Assembly (NCBI RefSeq): GCF_009914755.1
Contig: NC_060925.1
DNA from: the human T2T-CHM13v2.0 reference genome, Homo sapiens
Length of the DNA: 64,000 nt
Direction: 5' to 3' (one strand)
This document shows, in pieces, positions 15,897 through 33,037 of this stretch. The translations under genes and the position numbers were made by a program. The notes under the pieces were generated by a model. It had not been told where the DNA came from. It saw only the letters and a program-made list of their open reading frames with translations, and searched no databases. The stretch's first letter is position 1, and each line of letters opens with the position of its first letter.

Positions 15897-17555
15897 TCAC
15901 TTCCTTACGACCTATGGAATAAACTTTTTAGCATGACATAAGAGGCCCTATGGGACCTTCAGCTTTCCACTCTAGTAATATCCAATTACTTGAAATTCCC
16001 TGAACATGCTTTTCTGTGTCTTATCTCCATGACTATTTATGGTAAATCTTTCTCACATTTCTTTGCTTGCTAGAATCAGCTCAAGTAATATGTTCTCCCT
16101 GATGCATGGTGGCTTGGTACCCTTAAGCAAATAAAAAAAGTATGTCTTCTACCTGGAGAACACAAAAAGGTAGATGTACAGCTTAGTAAGCTGGATTTCA
16201 TGCTAGACTTCAGTTCCCATGTTTGCTTTCATGGGATGCCCTTATGCACTGAACGACCTATATAACTGTTCCTAATTACACAACTGCATGAACTAGTCCC
16301 TGCCAGAGTATCTGAGATGCCCATGGGCACTTCTCCAAATAGACCACTGAGAGGAGGTCCGGGAAAAAAAGCACAAGCAGTGGCCTGAGCAGCAAAGTGG
16401 CCAACAGTGGTCCAGCTAAGTGGTTTTAGTGGCAGCCTAAGGGAACCACAAAGCAGGTGTTCACACTAAAAGCAAGCAGTGGTCAGTGCAGAACATCAAG
16501 AGTAGAAACAAGCAGAAGTATGAAATGAAGCCTGGGCTGTTTGGTGCGAACATGTGAGATATTTACTGGAGAGTCTCAGCATTAGAAAGGAGAGTGTGAC
16601 CCACATGAATTCTGAGTCTCACGAGGCTACTAGTTATACCACCCCACTTCCCCGCCACAGGGCCCAGCCAATCGTACCCTGTACTCTTGGCCACAATGAC
16701 TAGTCCAGGGCTAGAATGTGACTTGAGTCAGGCCAATCAAAGTTCTTCCTGGGAATTTTTTCATTTGGAGATAGAAGAAAAGTTATCCAGCCTTCCAGAT
16801 AAAGAACATTTAGAATGTGAATGAGGGCTATCTTCCCTGCCTTGTGGAGGAAGGTAATTCCCATAGAAAAGAATGGGATCAATGAAGAATAAGAAGGTTG
16901 GGATTGAAAAAAATGAGAAAGGCCAATTTGGAAAATGCATTTTAGTCTCTGGATCTACTTGTGACTGAAGTCCATTCCTAGCCTTCCAAGGACCGTGAGT
17001 CAGTACACTCCCTTGCCGCTTATGCTAAATTGGATTTCTGTCATTTGTAAATGAATAACTTCTAACTAATACAGGCAGGGAAACTTGGAAGGGTTCTCGG
17101 TACTTGAGCTGCCCAGGTGGGACCTATCTGTGACTCTTCCATGACCTTTTGGAATTGAGAATTTTCAGTTCATGACAAATTACCAATTCATTTTCAGCTC
17201 ATCAAGAACACTAGAGTTCCCTGCCTCTTACTTCCCTGGATATTACTGAGTTCTTTTGACAATCTGACTAAATTGCTGACTTTTTAAGGTTAAATCTCCT
17301 TGTTCTGATCCACAGCTTTGACACACAGAAGGGCAGATTATGTGGCTGCCCAAATCATCCATCTGACCTGGGAATTGTACCTTGCTGAACAATTACCAAA
17401 GTTATACCAAAAAGATAGAAAATAATGCATAAGATCTTCCTAGTAAGCCCTTTTATAAAATAAAGAACATCTACCATATGAATAACCTTCTCAATACCCT
17501 GGTTTGCATGCTCACATATTCATATTTTAAGCATGTATGTAGATATGTATATGTA

Positions 17556-17591
<36 letters not shown>

Positions 17592-20500
17592 CATCCAAAG
17601 AAAGTCTGTACAAGTTGCTTTTTGTGTCAGTGATATGCCACAAAGCTGTTAATCCATTCTCATCATGGACCAGTTAGTTTAAAATAGAAGGTACCAATAA
17701 TACTTATCAATCTTAAAATGGAAAACATTCACAAGTCAGGCAGGATAGAGTCTTCGCAGTGACAAGTGGAAAATGGCCAGAGCCCACTAGGAGCAGAACT
17801 GGGAGGAAATGATCTACCTAAACGATCATTTGTCAGTGTCCAAAGACAATAAACCAGAATTGAATTCCCCCAGGTCTCACCATCAGGAAAATCCATAGCA
17901 GGTGAAGCCTAGCAGCAAGAGCTTCCAAGATCAAAGGCAGTAAATGGCAGTCATGCCCTTTAGCAGCTAGCCCCTAGGGGTAACCAAAACAAACTTTAGG
18001 CTCCTCAAAGGAGGAAATTCACAAGGACTAGAAAGAGGATTGGGATCCTAGACCAGCAGCAGCCTCAGGCTAGTGCTTCCAAACCAGTGAGAACAAGAAT
18101 GTCTACTAATACAGCCTGGCTATTACAGATGTAAGCTACAACCCAGTGAGCATGCAAGGGCTCAGGCAATGGCACAACATCTTTCACCCACTGGTAGGCA
18201 AAAGGAATTCAGCTCAAATTAGGAACTAAAGGTACAAATACGACTAAGACATAGCATACTTGCTCTCAAGGTGCTTACAATCTAGATGGTGACAGAGCCG
18301 AAAGGAGATGATTTCAAACTTTTGCAGTCAGTGGGGGAATTTGACAAGTGCCAGAGGAGATGAATGCATAGTGTGCTATGAGAAGACAAAGAAGAGTCAG
18401 TTGCCCCAGACTGAGTTTTAGGAACACTTGTTGGAGATGATGTTATTTGAGCTGATTCTAGCAGGCAAAGAAAGGTGAGAAAAATTTACCATAAACAGTC
18501 ATGGAAGGGAAACACAGCAAAGCAAGTTCAGGGCATGTCAAGTAATTGGATATTACTAGAGTGGAAAGCTGAAGGTCCCATAGGGTCTCTTATGCCATGC
18601 TAAGAAGTTTATTCCACAGGCCATGGGGAAGTACGGTGGAAACTGCTCATCATCCCTATCATCATTTCTCCTCTTCCTTTTTGTAATGGAAGCCGTTCTC
18701 TCTTCCACTACATTTAGCTGAGCATATGTCTATCCAGTTAGGGAATATATTATCCAGCCTTCCCTGCAGTAGATGTGACCATGTGACCAAGTTCTAGCCA
18801 ATGAGATGTGAATGGAAGTTAAGAGTACAACTTTGATGTTATGTCATTAAAAGCAAGCTACTTGCTCTCCACCTTCTCTTTCCCTTCTTTCTCCTTCCAG
18901 AGGTCTAGACACAGATGTGGCCAAGTGAGCCAGGCTCAACCATGCAAACAATGAGCACATCCTGGAGTAGGTGGCACACTGAGATGAAAGAAACCTGGGT
19001 TCCAAGATGAACAACTGGAGCGGAGCTATCTGTATAGTCAGACATCCACCTTACTGGACTATTAAGTGAGAAAGAAATAAACTTCTTATTGAGTCACTGT
19101 CTTTTGGGGGGTCTATGTTATAGCAGCATAGCCTGTATCCTAACACGGAAGGGAAGGAAACAGTGTTGAGGCTCCTAATCTAATTCCTGACTTGGTCAGA
19201 AATGACTAAGAGACTAGGAAAGGCTGAGACAACAAATGTCTATCCTTAATGATTATAGCTAAGTGAAGCTAAGGCTGGCAGATAACAGGATAAGCAACTA
19301 TGCAGCCTTGTCTTGGGAGGGATAGGAAAAGTCCCTTGAAAACTATAAACCTCTACCTGGTTCTAGGAGCCAACTTCATCCAGAGCAGGATTGCAGCCAG
19401 CAACCACCTGAATGCCTTCTTTGCACTCCACCCTGCAAAACTATGTCCATTGCCACCTTCAAAAGCTGACTCCAACAAGCCTGCTAATAAGACTTCCTTG
19501 ACTAACCCCACTTAGTCATTTTGTGTTAATTATGTCTGCAGAAAGGAAAAGGTATTTATGATCCTCCTCTGTTTTCTGAAGAGGATGGCTCTTCTAATTG
19601 GAAGAACTTCTGTGTTGCTGAACAGAGTCATTTGTCCAGGGTACACTTTTTGGAAGCATGAGCTGGGATAAAATGTTTTCCTCTGACTAATGAAGGGCTG
19701 AGGAATTTGAAAGAGGCTCTGGAGTGGGAGAGTTAAGAGCAGCAAAGCTGGAGGCTTGGAGGGTGGAGAAGAGTACAAAAAACACTCTAGTAGCAGAACC
19801 AGAGAGGGTACTCTGGAAAATAGTTTATAGAGGGATTACTAAATGAATTGTTGCAAGCTACATGATGCAAATTGTGTCTCTACTTCAGTAAATTCTGCCT
19901 GGTTCACTAAGGCCCTTGTTTGAGAGGACACAGGGGGTGTGAGCTTGAATAAGAGGATGAGGCTGATATCTGGATGACATATAACATCTGAAAAAAAAAA
20001 AAAACTAGAGCAAGGAAAGTCAGAGACAGTGCCAGAGATTAAACTTCTAGAATTTCACACATCCTCCCTTATTAATTCTATAATTTAAAAATTATATAGA
20101 TTGCATTGCCATAATCTAAGAATTATCATTCACCCAATATGCAATCAGAGGGCACATTACTAAAATAATTGCTTGAGTTATTAAATGCTTACAATAATTC
20201 AGAAATGGAACCCTTTCTTCTAGCTGGGCTTGAGGTGGATTTTACGGAAGGCAACATGGAACAAGTTGTGTTTAAGCTGGGTCTTGAAGTGTGGACAGGA
20301 ATTGGTTACGCAAATACTTTTCAGAGGCAGGGAACAGCAAAGATGATGTGACCAAAGTCAATGTCACACTTTCTTCCAATAAATATGTATCAATATCCAC
20401 CGTGTGCCACACACTGTGCTAGGTCACAGAGATATGAAGATTAATTTGGCCTCCCAGGCTTCTGTTAATATAGCCCCCAATTTTTCTACACATTCCATTA

Positions 20501-20600
20501 CTGGTTTGCCACATCTATCAGGCCCTTCTTGGCACATTTCTGTGTGGTCAGTTTTTCCCTTGAATTCTATTGTGTGTGATGCTATTGGTTGATTAATTGA

Positions 20601-20946
<346 letters not shown>

Positions 20947-21671
20947 TAAGTTTTTAAATTTTTAATTTTTGTGGGTACATAGTAGGTGTATATATTTGTG
21001 GGGTACATGATATGTTTTGATACAGGCATGCAATGTGAAATAATCACATCATGGATTGATGCTTGAGGGGTATCCATCCCCTCAAGCATTTATCCTTTGT
21101 ATTAGGAACAATCCAATTACTTTAGTGCATTTTAACCTGCTATTGACAACAGTTTCTCTAATTTATTGAGGTAGCTTGAATTTTGATCTTCTATATACTT
21201 GGCAGATCCATCTTCTTGGGGATATATGTAATGTTTATAAAGACACTCCTTCTACTGTCCAGTCCCATATCTCAATACCTTTCTATGCCAATATATAGTG
21301 AAGGTTGAAAGAAAGATAAGAAAGCCCCAGAACCCCAGGTTACGAAAGCCTGCTATATCTGTATTGGCCACAGTTTTGTAAACTGAACTTGCAATGATGT
21401 TTCTTAAATGACAACCACAATTGCTACCAACAGAAACTGAGTGCCTATCACATGTAGAAACAGTATGCATGATGCATTGCCCCTGACCTTGACAGGCTTA
21501 ATCTAGATGGGGAGGTAATTAGACAACGCACATATTCTGTTTGGTAGGAGAATTTTCCACTCATCTTCCCAATGGAATAAGAGACAACAAAATGTGGGAA
21601 CAGAGGAATTATCTCCTCTCCCCTGTCCTCTTACGGCTATGATCACAAGGAAGAAGCAGATATTAACCTGA

Positions 21672-22316
<645 letters not shown>

Positions 22317-22319
22317 TAG

Positions 22320-23878
<1,559 letters not shown>

Positions 23879-23926
23879 AACCAGGATATTTAGTCCACAC
23901 TAGTGGTTGGGGCCACTTTGTGCTAA

Positions 23927-24186
<260 letters not shown>

Positions 24187-25430
24187 TAACCTCAGGTGAT
24201 CCATCCGCCTCAGCCTCCCAAAGTGCTGGGATTACAGGCGTGAGCCACTGTGCCTAGCCCTCATTTCCTTCTGAGTAGGCCCAGACCAGTCTTCATTTAG
24301 CACACACTTGGATGAGTAAAGCTTTGCAGACCTGAGCATCTTCTCCTCTCTTTCTGTAGGCATGCCTAAGCATACTGGTCCCAAAACTTACAGCGCAGGG
24401 AGGGTGGGGCAGGGAATTAGGAAGCATCGCTTCAGCCTTAAACCTAAGCCATGCAATTCGATTCCATCTTTTTGCAGAGCTCTGCTTTAGATGTTGTTGG
24501 GTGCTAGCTCAGCTATGAATAAAATGATCCTTTGGTTTCTACTCCAGTTTTTCTTGGATATAGTTCCCTTGGGAACCCTAAGGAGAGGAGGGATGATTAG
24601 CAGAGCAGGATTTGGCTATTTCTGGTCTTCGATTGTAGCAGACTGTATAGTTGGTCACAATTGTTCACAAATTTTTGCTGCCTTTCCCAGGGAAGGATTA
24701 TATTTCCTTTACTTCACTGACATCAGGTGTGGCCAGGTGAACTTGGTCTGGCCAAGAAAATGTGACCTGACCATGTGTAAGTGCCAGGCACAAGTATTAA
24801 GAGCCAGCATGTAGTTTATCATAATCACTTTCCTTCTTCCATGAGAGACCAACATATTCCAGATAAAGACTGCTCTGGGCTCGGTACAGTGGCTCACGCC
24901 TGTAATCCTAACACTTTGGGAGGCTGAGGCAGGCAGATCACTTGAGGCCAGGAGTTCAAGATGAGCTCGGGCAACACAGTGAGACCCCTATCTCTACAAA
25001 AAAAGAAAAACATTAGCTGGGTATGGTGGTGTGCATCTGTAGTCCTACCCTCTCAGGAGGCTGAGGTGGGAGGATTGCTTGAGCCCAGGAGTTTGAGGCT
25101 GCAGTGAGCTCTGATTATACCACTGCACTTCAGCATGGGCAACAGAGCAAGATCCTCTCTCTGAAAAAAAGAAATAGTAAAGACTGCTCTGTCAGCCTGG
25201 GTCCTGGCACAAAAACAACCTAGAGGATAGCCATACTGTCCTACTATGTATGAGTACATTTTCAGAAATAAGACTTCATTGTTGCAAGCCCTCTTGGGAT
25301 CACTTGTCACCACAGCCTAACCTAGCTTATCTTGACTGATACATTTACCATATTGTCATCTATACGAAGCACCATTGTTTATCCTCCCAACATCTATTCT
25401 CCTTTTTTTTTGTTTTGTTTTGTTTTGTGA

Positions 25431-25589
<159 letters not shown>

Positions 25590-26184
25590 TAGTAGAGACA
25601 GGGTTTCTCCATGTTGGCCAGGCTGGTCTCGAACTCCTGGCCTAAAATGATCCGCCCACCTCAACCTCCCAAAGTGCTGGGATTACAGGCATGAGCCACT
25701 GCACCTGGCCATCTATTCTCCTTTCAATCCTCCTAAAATACCTCCAATCTTTCCCCAGTTCATCCACCTCTACATGGCCATGTGCTTGGAGGAAGGGAGT
25801 CTAATTCCCAGCCCCAAGGAATGAACCATAATGAAATTAAGCCATTCATGATAGTTTCCTTTTCTTTGCTGGTAACTGGCTTAGATGTGGGCATATGAGA
25901 CTGGAAAGTCGACTTGAGGGCTTCTGAGAAAAGTTTTCCTTGCCGATTAAAAAAAGAGACACACAGGAAGAAATAGTCTCTCTGTTTCTGCTGGACATTG
26001 TGCATGTATGTACGTCAGCTAGAATTGTGGCAGCCATTTTGTAGCTATGAGGGGCACTAGCCCAAGGCTGTCAGAGTGAAAATATGGAAAGAGTCTGGGT
26101 CACTGATGATGAGGCAGGCAGATCACTTGAGGTCAGGAGTTAAGACATCAGCCTGGCCAACATGGCGAAACCCCACCTCTACTA

Positions 26185-26343
<159 letters not shown>

Positions 26344-27149
26344 TCAAAAAAAAAAAAAAAAAAAAAGAATCCTAACGTACCTACCTCCAGGTTTCTTGTT
26401 ATATGAGATAATTCATTTTCCTTTTTGTTTAAGACAGTTGAGCCTGGACTGGAGGGGAAAATAATTAGTTTAGCCTAGGGACATTGAGGTGATGGCAGAA
26501 CAACATCCTTTTAAATCCTAAAGCTCAGGGAACATCAAGGTTAAATTTGAATTTGGGAGTCACCTATGGAGAAATATTCCATAAAGTAATACATCTTAGA
26601 AAGCAGACCTGTACCTGGAAAAGCTGCCTCTGTGCTTGAGGAATTCCGGTGACGTAAGAGAACATTGCACATACATGTGTAGTCATTTCCTAACTGGATA
26701 TGCTACTGTCCCAGGTCTTTGTGTCCCATCTGGAGAAGGGGAGATCACAGAGCTGGTAGTGAGCTCCTGGTGAGGGAGTTCAGAGAAAGTGATTACAACA
26801 TCTGGATCCCATCCTCAGATTCTGCTCTTCTCAAGCCTGGCTTTTATGGACCTTGATAGCCATCTACAGTTAACTTAAAACATTCTAGTCTAGTGTGGAT
26901 GGCTTTGAAAATGGGTTATAAGTAACTTTTAAATTCACTGACTTATATATCTTTTAGTAAAGATATATGAAAATCAAGGTTCTGACTATCTTATAGACCT
27001 CCTATGGGTGATACTATAGAAGCCTTAAAGGAAGCATCACATTCTATGGGTGATACTGTAGGAGCCAGGGTTAAAAAAATGTATAACATGAAACATCAAG
27101 GAAAAGGCCAATGTAGAACATAGAGGTTCTAGAGCTCAAGCTTACGAAG

Positions 27150-27572
27150 TGTTAAACAAAAATTATGGGAGGCCATTGTTTTGGACTGAGCTTTTGCACC
27201 AGGCCACAACAGAATAGACCAAACCAAATCGAGTCCCTCCTGCTAAATGCCACATAATCAAACTTGAGGTACATCCCACAACAGACCAGCTTTTCCTGAA
27301 AACAGGAGATTTCAGTTTACCTGAGTCAGAATAAGGAAGTCCCCTCTGCTTTAACCCTTACCAAAAAAGTAACCCAAAGTAGCCTGATGTTAAGCAATCA
27401 GCTCTTCTTCCATTGCTCTATTTCCTTGTTCCCCTCTTTTAAAACCCACTCTTCTGCCATTGCCCAGTGAAAGCTCTCATTCTATTCTGTGGAATGGAGG
27501 CTACCCCAATTCATGAATCTCAAAAGCCAATTCAATCTATAACTAAATTTGTTGTAATTTTGTCTTTTGCCA
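27150..27572 (+). mobile_element. ERV1 MER4-group solo LTR (MER87/LTR54-like)
   Basis: TG...CA termini; tgttaaacaaaaattatgggaggccattgttttggactgagc start; ttttgtcttttgcca end. Confidence 0.72.
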
Positions 27573-27694
27573 TAAAATAGTTTTGAAAGTTACCAATCCA
27601 TAGGGCACTATTGTTACTTTAAGAAAATACATTCATAGAACGGGGGAGGAGATATTTTGCAACATCAAAATACTTACTTAAGATTGCTTGAAAA

Positions 27695-28065
<371 letters not shown>

Positions 28066-29110
28066 TTAGTGAGTAAATGCACACACCTGCACAATATTTA
28101 CAGAGAAGCCTGTGCCTTCCCTGAGACAACTTACCCCATTTCTAAGTTGCCATTGCTGGGTCTACCTTGAAACTACTCTTGCTTCCCTAAGCCAAAAAAG
28201 AAATTAAAAAAAGGCATATTTTAATGAACTGGAAGAGCAAATGCAGTCTCCAAAAATGGCTAACTTCAATCCTGCAGTTATTTAGAAAGGAAAATCTGGC
28301 TTCAAACACTATTGTCTGCAGGCAGGGTTTGCAATTGGCCAGGACCAAGGACAGTGTTTAAAGATGACTCAGTTGTATGGCCTGGGGAGAGCGGGAGTGG
28401 TGAAGGGAGACCAGCCAGTGGTCCTTCTAACTGAAAAGGATGCTAGGTCAATTTTTTATGACCTCGAGTCTGTGAAGGCTCAGACCTGCTGAAACCTAGG
28501 AGGGGATGTCCAGTGTAAGAAAATCTGAGACCCCAGGAAATGCACTTTCAAATTATCTGAATGGGAGGTGGGTAAGACTCAACTTCCCCCTCTCCTACAT
28601 CCTCCCCCACCCCCGTGGGGCTTCAGGCTAGGATTTCGGCAGAGAAATCCCTCTCCTTCCAATGCTTTAGGGTCCAACTGGGGACCTAGCCGTGTGACCT
28701 TCGCCATACCCCGGAATCTCCTTTGGGACGTCCCCGAGGCCCTCCCTGTCCGGGGCTCAGCAGGCGTCCGCCCGTGTCCCAGCCCCCGAGCGCCCGGGAT
28801 CGCCTGGGAGACGCATCCGCCGCCCACTGCGCATCTCTGGCCCGTCAGCTCGGAAACCCTCCGAGCCTCACAGGGCCGCCGCCCCGGCCCCTCCTGCTCC
28901 GGCTGTCCCACCCCAGCCCGCAGCGCCACGTCCACCGGGTGTCCGGGGCCTGCCGGGGCTGCCCTCCTCCGCCTCGCCTGCGCCCGCCGGCGGCTCGCTC
29001 CCCGGAACCCCGGGTCCTTTCCCCCGCCGCCGCAAGCCCCCCACCCGCCGTCCTTCCCCGGCACCGCCCGCCAGGGTCGCTTCTGCAGCCGCCAGCGCCC
29101 GCCGCCGCGC

Positions 29111-29130
29111 GCTGATTGGCTGGCGGGGCC
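29111..29130. promoter_or_regulatory. Inverted CCAAT box (NF-Y) abutting a GC box (Sp/KLF)
   Basis: gctgATTGGct followed by GGCGGGGCC, ~190-200 nt upstream of the ATG; typical TATA-less promoter arrangement. Confidence 0.65.
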
Positions 29131-29317
29131 GACGGCGGCGCTGAGTGGCCGGGCGGATTCGCTGGGTCAGGGCTGCAGAGACGCCTGGCGCACCCGCGGG
29201 AGCGGAGCCGTGGCGCGCTCGCCCCGGACGCCGGCCGCCCCTCCGCTCGCCCTACTGAGCGAGCGGCCCGGGGCGCCGAGGGGTCCGCGCCGCGCGGGGC
29301 GCACCGCCCTGGCCGCC

Positions 29318-29480
29318 ATGTGCTCCCAGCTCTGGTTCCTGACGGACCGGCGCATCCGCGAGGACTACCCGCAGGTGCAGATCCTGCGCGCCCTCCGGCA
29401 GCGCTGCTCCGAGCAGGACGTGCGCTTCCGGGCGGTGCTTATGGACCAGATCGCCGTCACCATCGTCGGCGGCCACCTCG
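29318..29480 (+). CDS. RIMKLA: RIMKLA coding exon 1 (MCSQLWFLTDRRIREDYPQVQILRALRQRCSEQDVRFRAVLMDQIAVTIVGGHL)
   Basis: Kozak GCCGCCATG at 29312-29320 in a CpG island; donor G|gtgagc at 29480/29481; 163 nt; translation recognised as the RIMKLA N-terminus. Confidence 0.96.
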
Positions 29481-32400
29481 GTGAGCGAGGCGGGCCCGGG
29501 GAGGGCAGGGAGGCGCGCCGGGGTCCACGAGAGCCGGTCGGGTGGGCGCGCTCGCCGGGCCTCCCGCAGCAGAGTCTCCTTCGGGCCCGCACACTAGCCG
29601 CACTCTAGCTGCGAGACTTCTTGGGGTTGGAGAAAGCCGCTAACCTTCATAGCTTCTTTAACCACCACCACCTGCCCCGAGGCCAAGATTCGAGAACGCG
29701 ATTTAATTTACTTAGGGGACTTCATTTTGTGAGAAACCCGAATTCACCTGAAGCCACCCAGGTGTCCGAGGAAAATCAGGCTGTTAAACCCCACATTTGC
29801 AAATCCTGCTCGCATCAATACCTTGACAGTTTAGACTCTGAGGTTTCTAGAAATCCACACCAGATTTACAAAATTACTATTAAGATGACTGTTTTAAAAA
29901 AGTTTTTTGGGAGTGTGTGAGCATCAGTAATGTGCACCACATAGAATATTATTTCCAAACTAGAAAGCCACATATGGGGGAAATCTGAGAAAGATTGGAG
30001 TCACTTCTCGAGTGTAAAGTGGGAGTGTAGACCTTTGATGGGTTTAACTCATCCTTCTCCCTAGCAGCGTTGAATTCTGATTCCAGAAGAGCCGGGATTT
30101 CAGGTTCAGACAGTTCTGGCCTCACTGATCACTCCACTGCTGTGTTCAGGAGACTTTTGTGGGTAAGACATGGTTGTCATCTGTGGGTTTGACCTCAAAA
30201 GGTTAATTATTTTTTCGTATATCCTTAATACAGGCCTCTCTGATTTAGGAATCCCTGACGCAGAAAACCCTCTGGCTTGCTGTTTGAGTGTCTCTGGGGC
30301 TCCACTGGAGGCATCCAACCATTTCAGGGAGTCCAGGACTCAAAAGGATTTGCGCCCAGTTCAGGGTGCATCTTGGGATACTGTTCGCATTATTTCAACA
30401 ATTATTAATGGTTAAATAAGCTCGTAATCTGTTACTTTGCTTTGGCAGGGGAAGGAATTTCAAATTCGGAAAGACTACTTACAAGTGAGATTTTGAATAT
30501 GACCTGTTTCTGAGTGGAATATATCTGTTATAGATTTTTCATCTCCAAGTTTATCGAAGTCCCTCATACTTAATATCAGATTGTATATCCTGTTGGAGAA
30601 ATATACCATAAACATTAGGTACCTTACATTTAATCTACAACAATGACTATCAGATGCAACCGGTACCCTCTCTCTATCCTTGATTTATTAAAACTGTCAC
30701 AGTTAATGTAGAACTAGATTTCTGAACAGGGAATCTGCAGATGTGAATTCCTATTACAGCTTTACAGTTAACAAGTATCTTGGCTTTGCTTTGGGCAAAC
30801 CACTTTTGTCTTTGAATCTCGGGATTCTTATTTATAGAAACTAGGGGTTAAGGTTCCTCTCACTTTATGTGTTTCAGGATCATATTTAAATTGTATAATC
30901 TGTTGTATTTCACCGACCTAGATTAAGTAGTTAACATGTACATCTTTCTACCCAGGATGAACTTTTTGCTTATTTATTTTACAGTTTGTAAAGATGTCTC
31001 TTTTTTGAGATACAGTAGCCAAATTCCACATCACATTTAGTTTGTAGAACCGTCACAAATTCTGTAAGAGCAAGAAAATGCTCTGTATCTAAAACCTCAT
31101 TTTAAAGAATCAGTCCTAAAAAAAAGATAAAATTAAATGCTAGTGCCACAGGAAACACTCAGACCCTTTTGTTTAGTGTCTTAAATGTTAATAGAATTCA
31201 TGTGTGAAAATACCTTAATCTATTCACAAACCAGGAGTTCTTTTTTTTGTTTTTTTTGAGACAGAGTTTTGGGTCTTGTTGCCCAGTCTGGAATGCAATG
31301 GCGCCATCTTGGCTCATGCAGCCTCCACCTCCTGGGTTCAAGCAATTCTCCTGTCTCAGCCTCCTGAGTAGCTGGGATTACAGGCATGTGCCACTACTTT
31401 TTTTTTTAATTTTTATTTTATTTATTTATTTATTTATTTATTTATTTTAGTAGAGACAGAGTTTCACCATGTTGGTCAGGCTGGTCTCAAACTCCTGACC
31501 TGAGGTGATCCATCCGCCTCGACCTCCTAAAGTGCTGGGATTACAGGCGTGAGCCACCGCGTCCGGCCTGTTCTTTTTAACTACAGGAAAATGTACACAG
31601 CTATTTGCCTGGTCGATGGAGAAATTGAAGACAGGTATTTTTTGATGCAGTTTTAATTTCTGTTAATTCCGAGGTAGCCTACACAAATCACAAAACGTAG
31701 AACAAAACGATTAGATCACCAATTCTGCTGTCCAAAGATTTGTTATGGAAGTAGATTAATTAAAGCACAAGTGAGTCCCAGGAGAATGACCTTGTTGGCT
31801 TTGTTCAGTGCTATAATAGTGGCCAGAATAGTGCCTTGCACGTAGTAGGCTCTCAATACATATTTTTTTAAATGAATGAGGATATGATCTCTGGTTCCTA
31901 GTTTCTTCTGTAGTCAGACTATAGAAAACACTTGGTAATTTGCCGAGCCAAAGTATTTCTCGAAAAAAAAATTCCAGAATTCAACTTGCTTTGAAATACA
32001 GAAATATGTAGTTATGATGATATTGATATTATTTACCATTTGAGAACTACAGAATGTAAGAGCTGGGAAGGATTTTCAGATCAACCATTCTAATTCCTTC
32101 ATTTTACGAAGAAGAACCTGAGGCTCTGAAAGGTGAAGTGACTTCCTCAATGCCATCCAGCTAGTTAACAGCAAACCTAAAGTTTAAAAACCTGGTCTTC
32201 TAATTTCTAGCCCAGTGATATGGAATAAGCTTCCTTTAGGATGTCTGCAGCCTATAGTACCTTTCTCAGTAGATGTGGAATTGAACTGAATTGAGTTATA
32301 TTGAGGCTAGACAGTGACTTTGCAATGTAATTTTATAATTTAGGAAATTCAGGTATCACCTTTACAAAGCTTTTGTGCCTTCACTCCTTTCCATTGCTTC

Positions 32401-32852
32401 TTTATGTTAGTGTAGGAATATGATGGTGGAGTTGATTGGGGCAGGTATGGGCAGTGCCTCAGTCTATTGCTTAAATTCATTCCTGAGCTTTTCTCCCTGG
32501 AGGCTAGTGGGAGCCCAAATCCAGGGCTTAGAGTTTCAGGTTATATCTGGAAGTAGGATTCAGACAAGAGATTACAAGTTTTCATGATTATTATTTTTAA
32601 TCTAGCAATCTGAGTGGGAGACAGTGGAGAAAGGAAAATGATCTTTAGGTGACTGAAGTAATCCTGTAGAAAACAGCCTCCCTTCACTTTTTGCTGGGTG
32701 TAGCATTATGTGAAAATCATACCCATCTCCGTTTCCTTTTTAGAAACTGCAAGTTCTTCATTCGTTTCATAAATACGTACTAAATATTCTCAACCCTAGG
32801 GATAAAGTGATGAATGTGACACCAGAATGCACATAATAATAATGGTCATAGC

Positions 32853-33037
32853 CATATATGTGTGTGTGTGTATATATATATACATGTATATATGTATATA
32901 TGTGTGTATATATACATATATATGTATATATATGTGTGTATATATACATATATATGTGTATATATGTGTGTATATATGTATATATGTATGTATATATATA
33001 CTATATATGTGTGTGTGTATATATATATATATATATA
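32853..33037. repeat. Compound (TA)n/(TG)n microsatellite
   Basis: ~185 bp of alternating purine-pyrimidine sequence. Confidence 0.95.

Larger units (their letters stand above)
28700..29700. promoter_or_regulatory. RIMKLA: CpG island / RIMKLA promoter and 5' UTR
   Basis: Abrupt rise in GC and CpG content spanning the start codon; no TATA box evident; no ATG between ~29160 and 29317. Confidence 0.9.

Noticed and set aside
21132-21251. Protein-like 39-codon minus-strand stretch (KECLYKHYIYPQEDGSAKYIEDQNSS...)
   Set aside because: No start codon, no convincing splice acceptor, no recognised homolog; BLASTX would settle it
27002-27066. Repeat-spacer-repeat pattern resembling CRISPR
   Set aside because: Only two units, primate DNA, no cas genes
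28579-29592. Several overlapping Arg/Pro/Gly-rich ORFs on both strands
   Set aside because: Expected from stop-codon depletion in a CpG island; no recognisable domain
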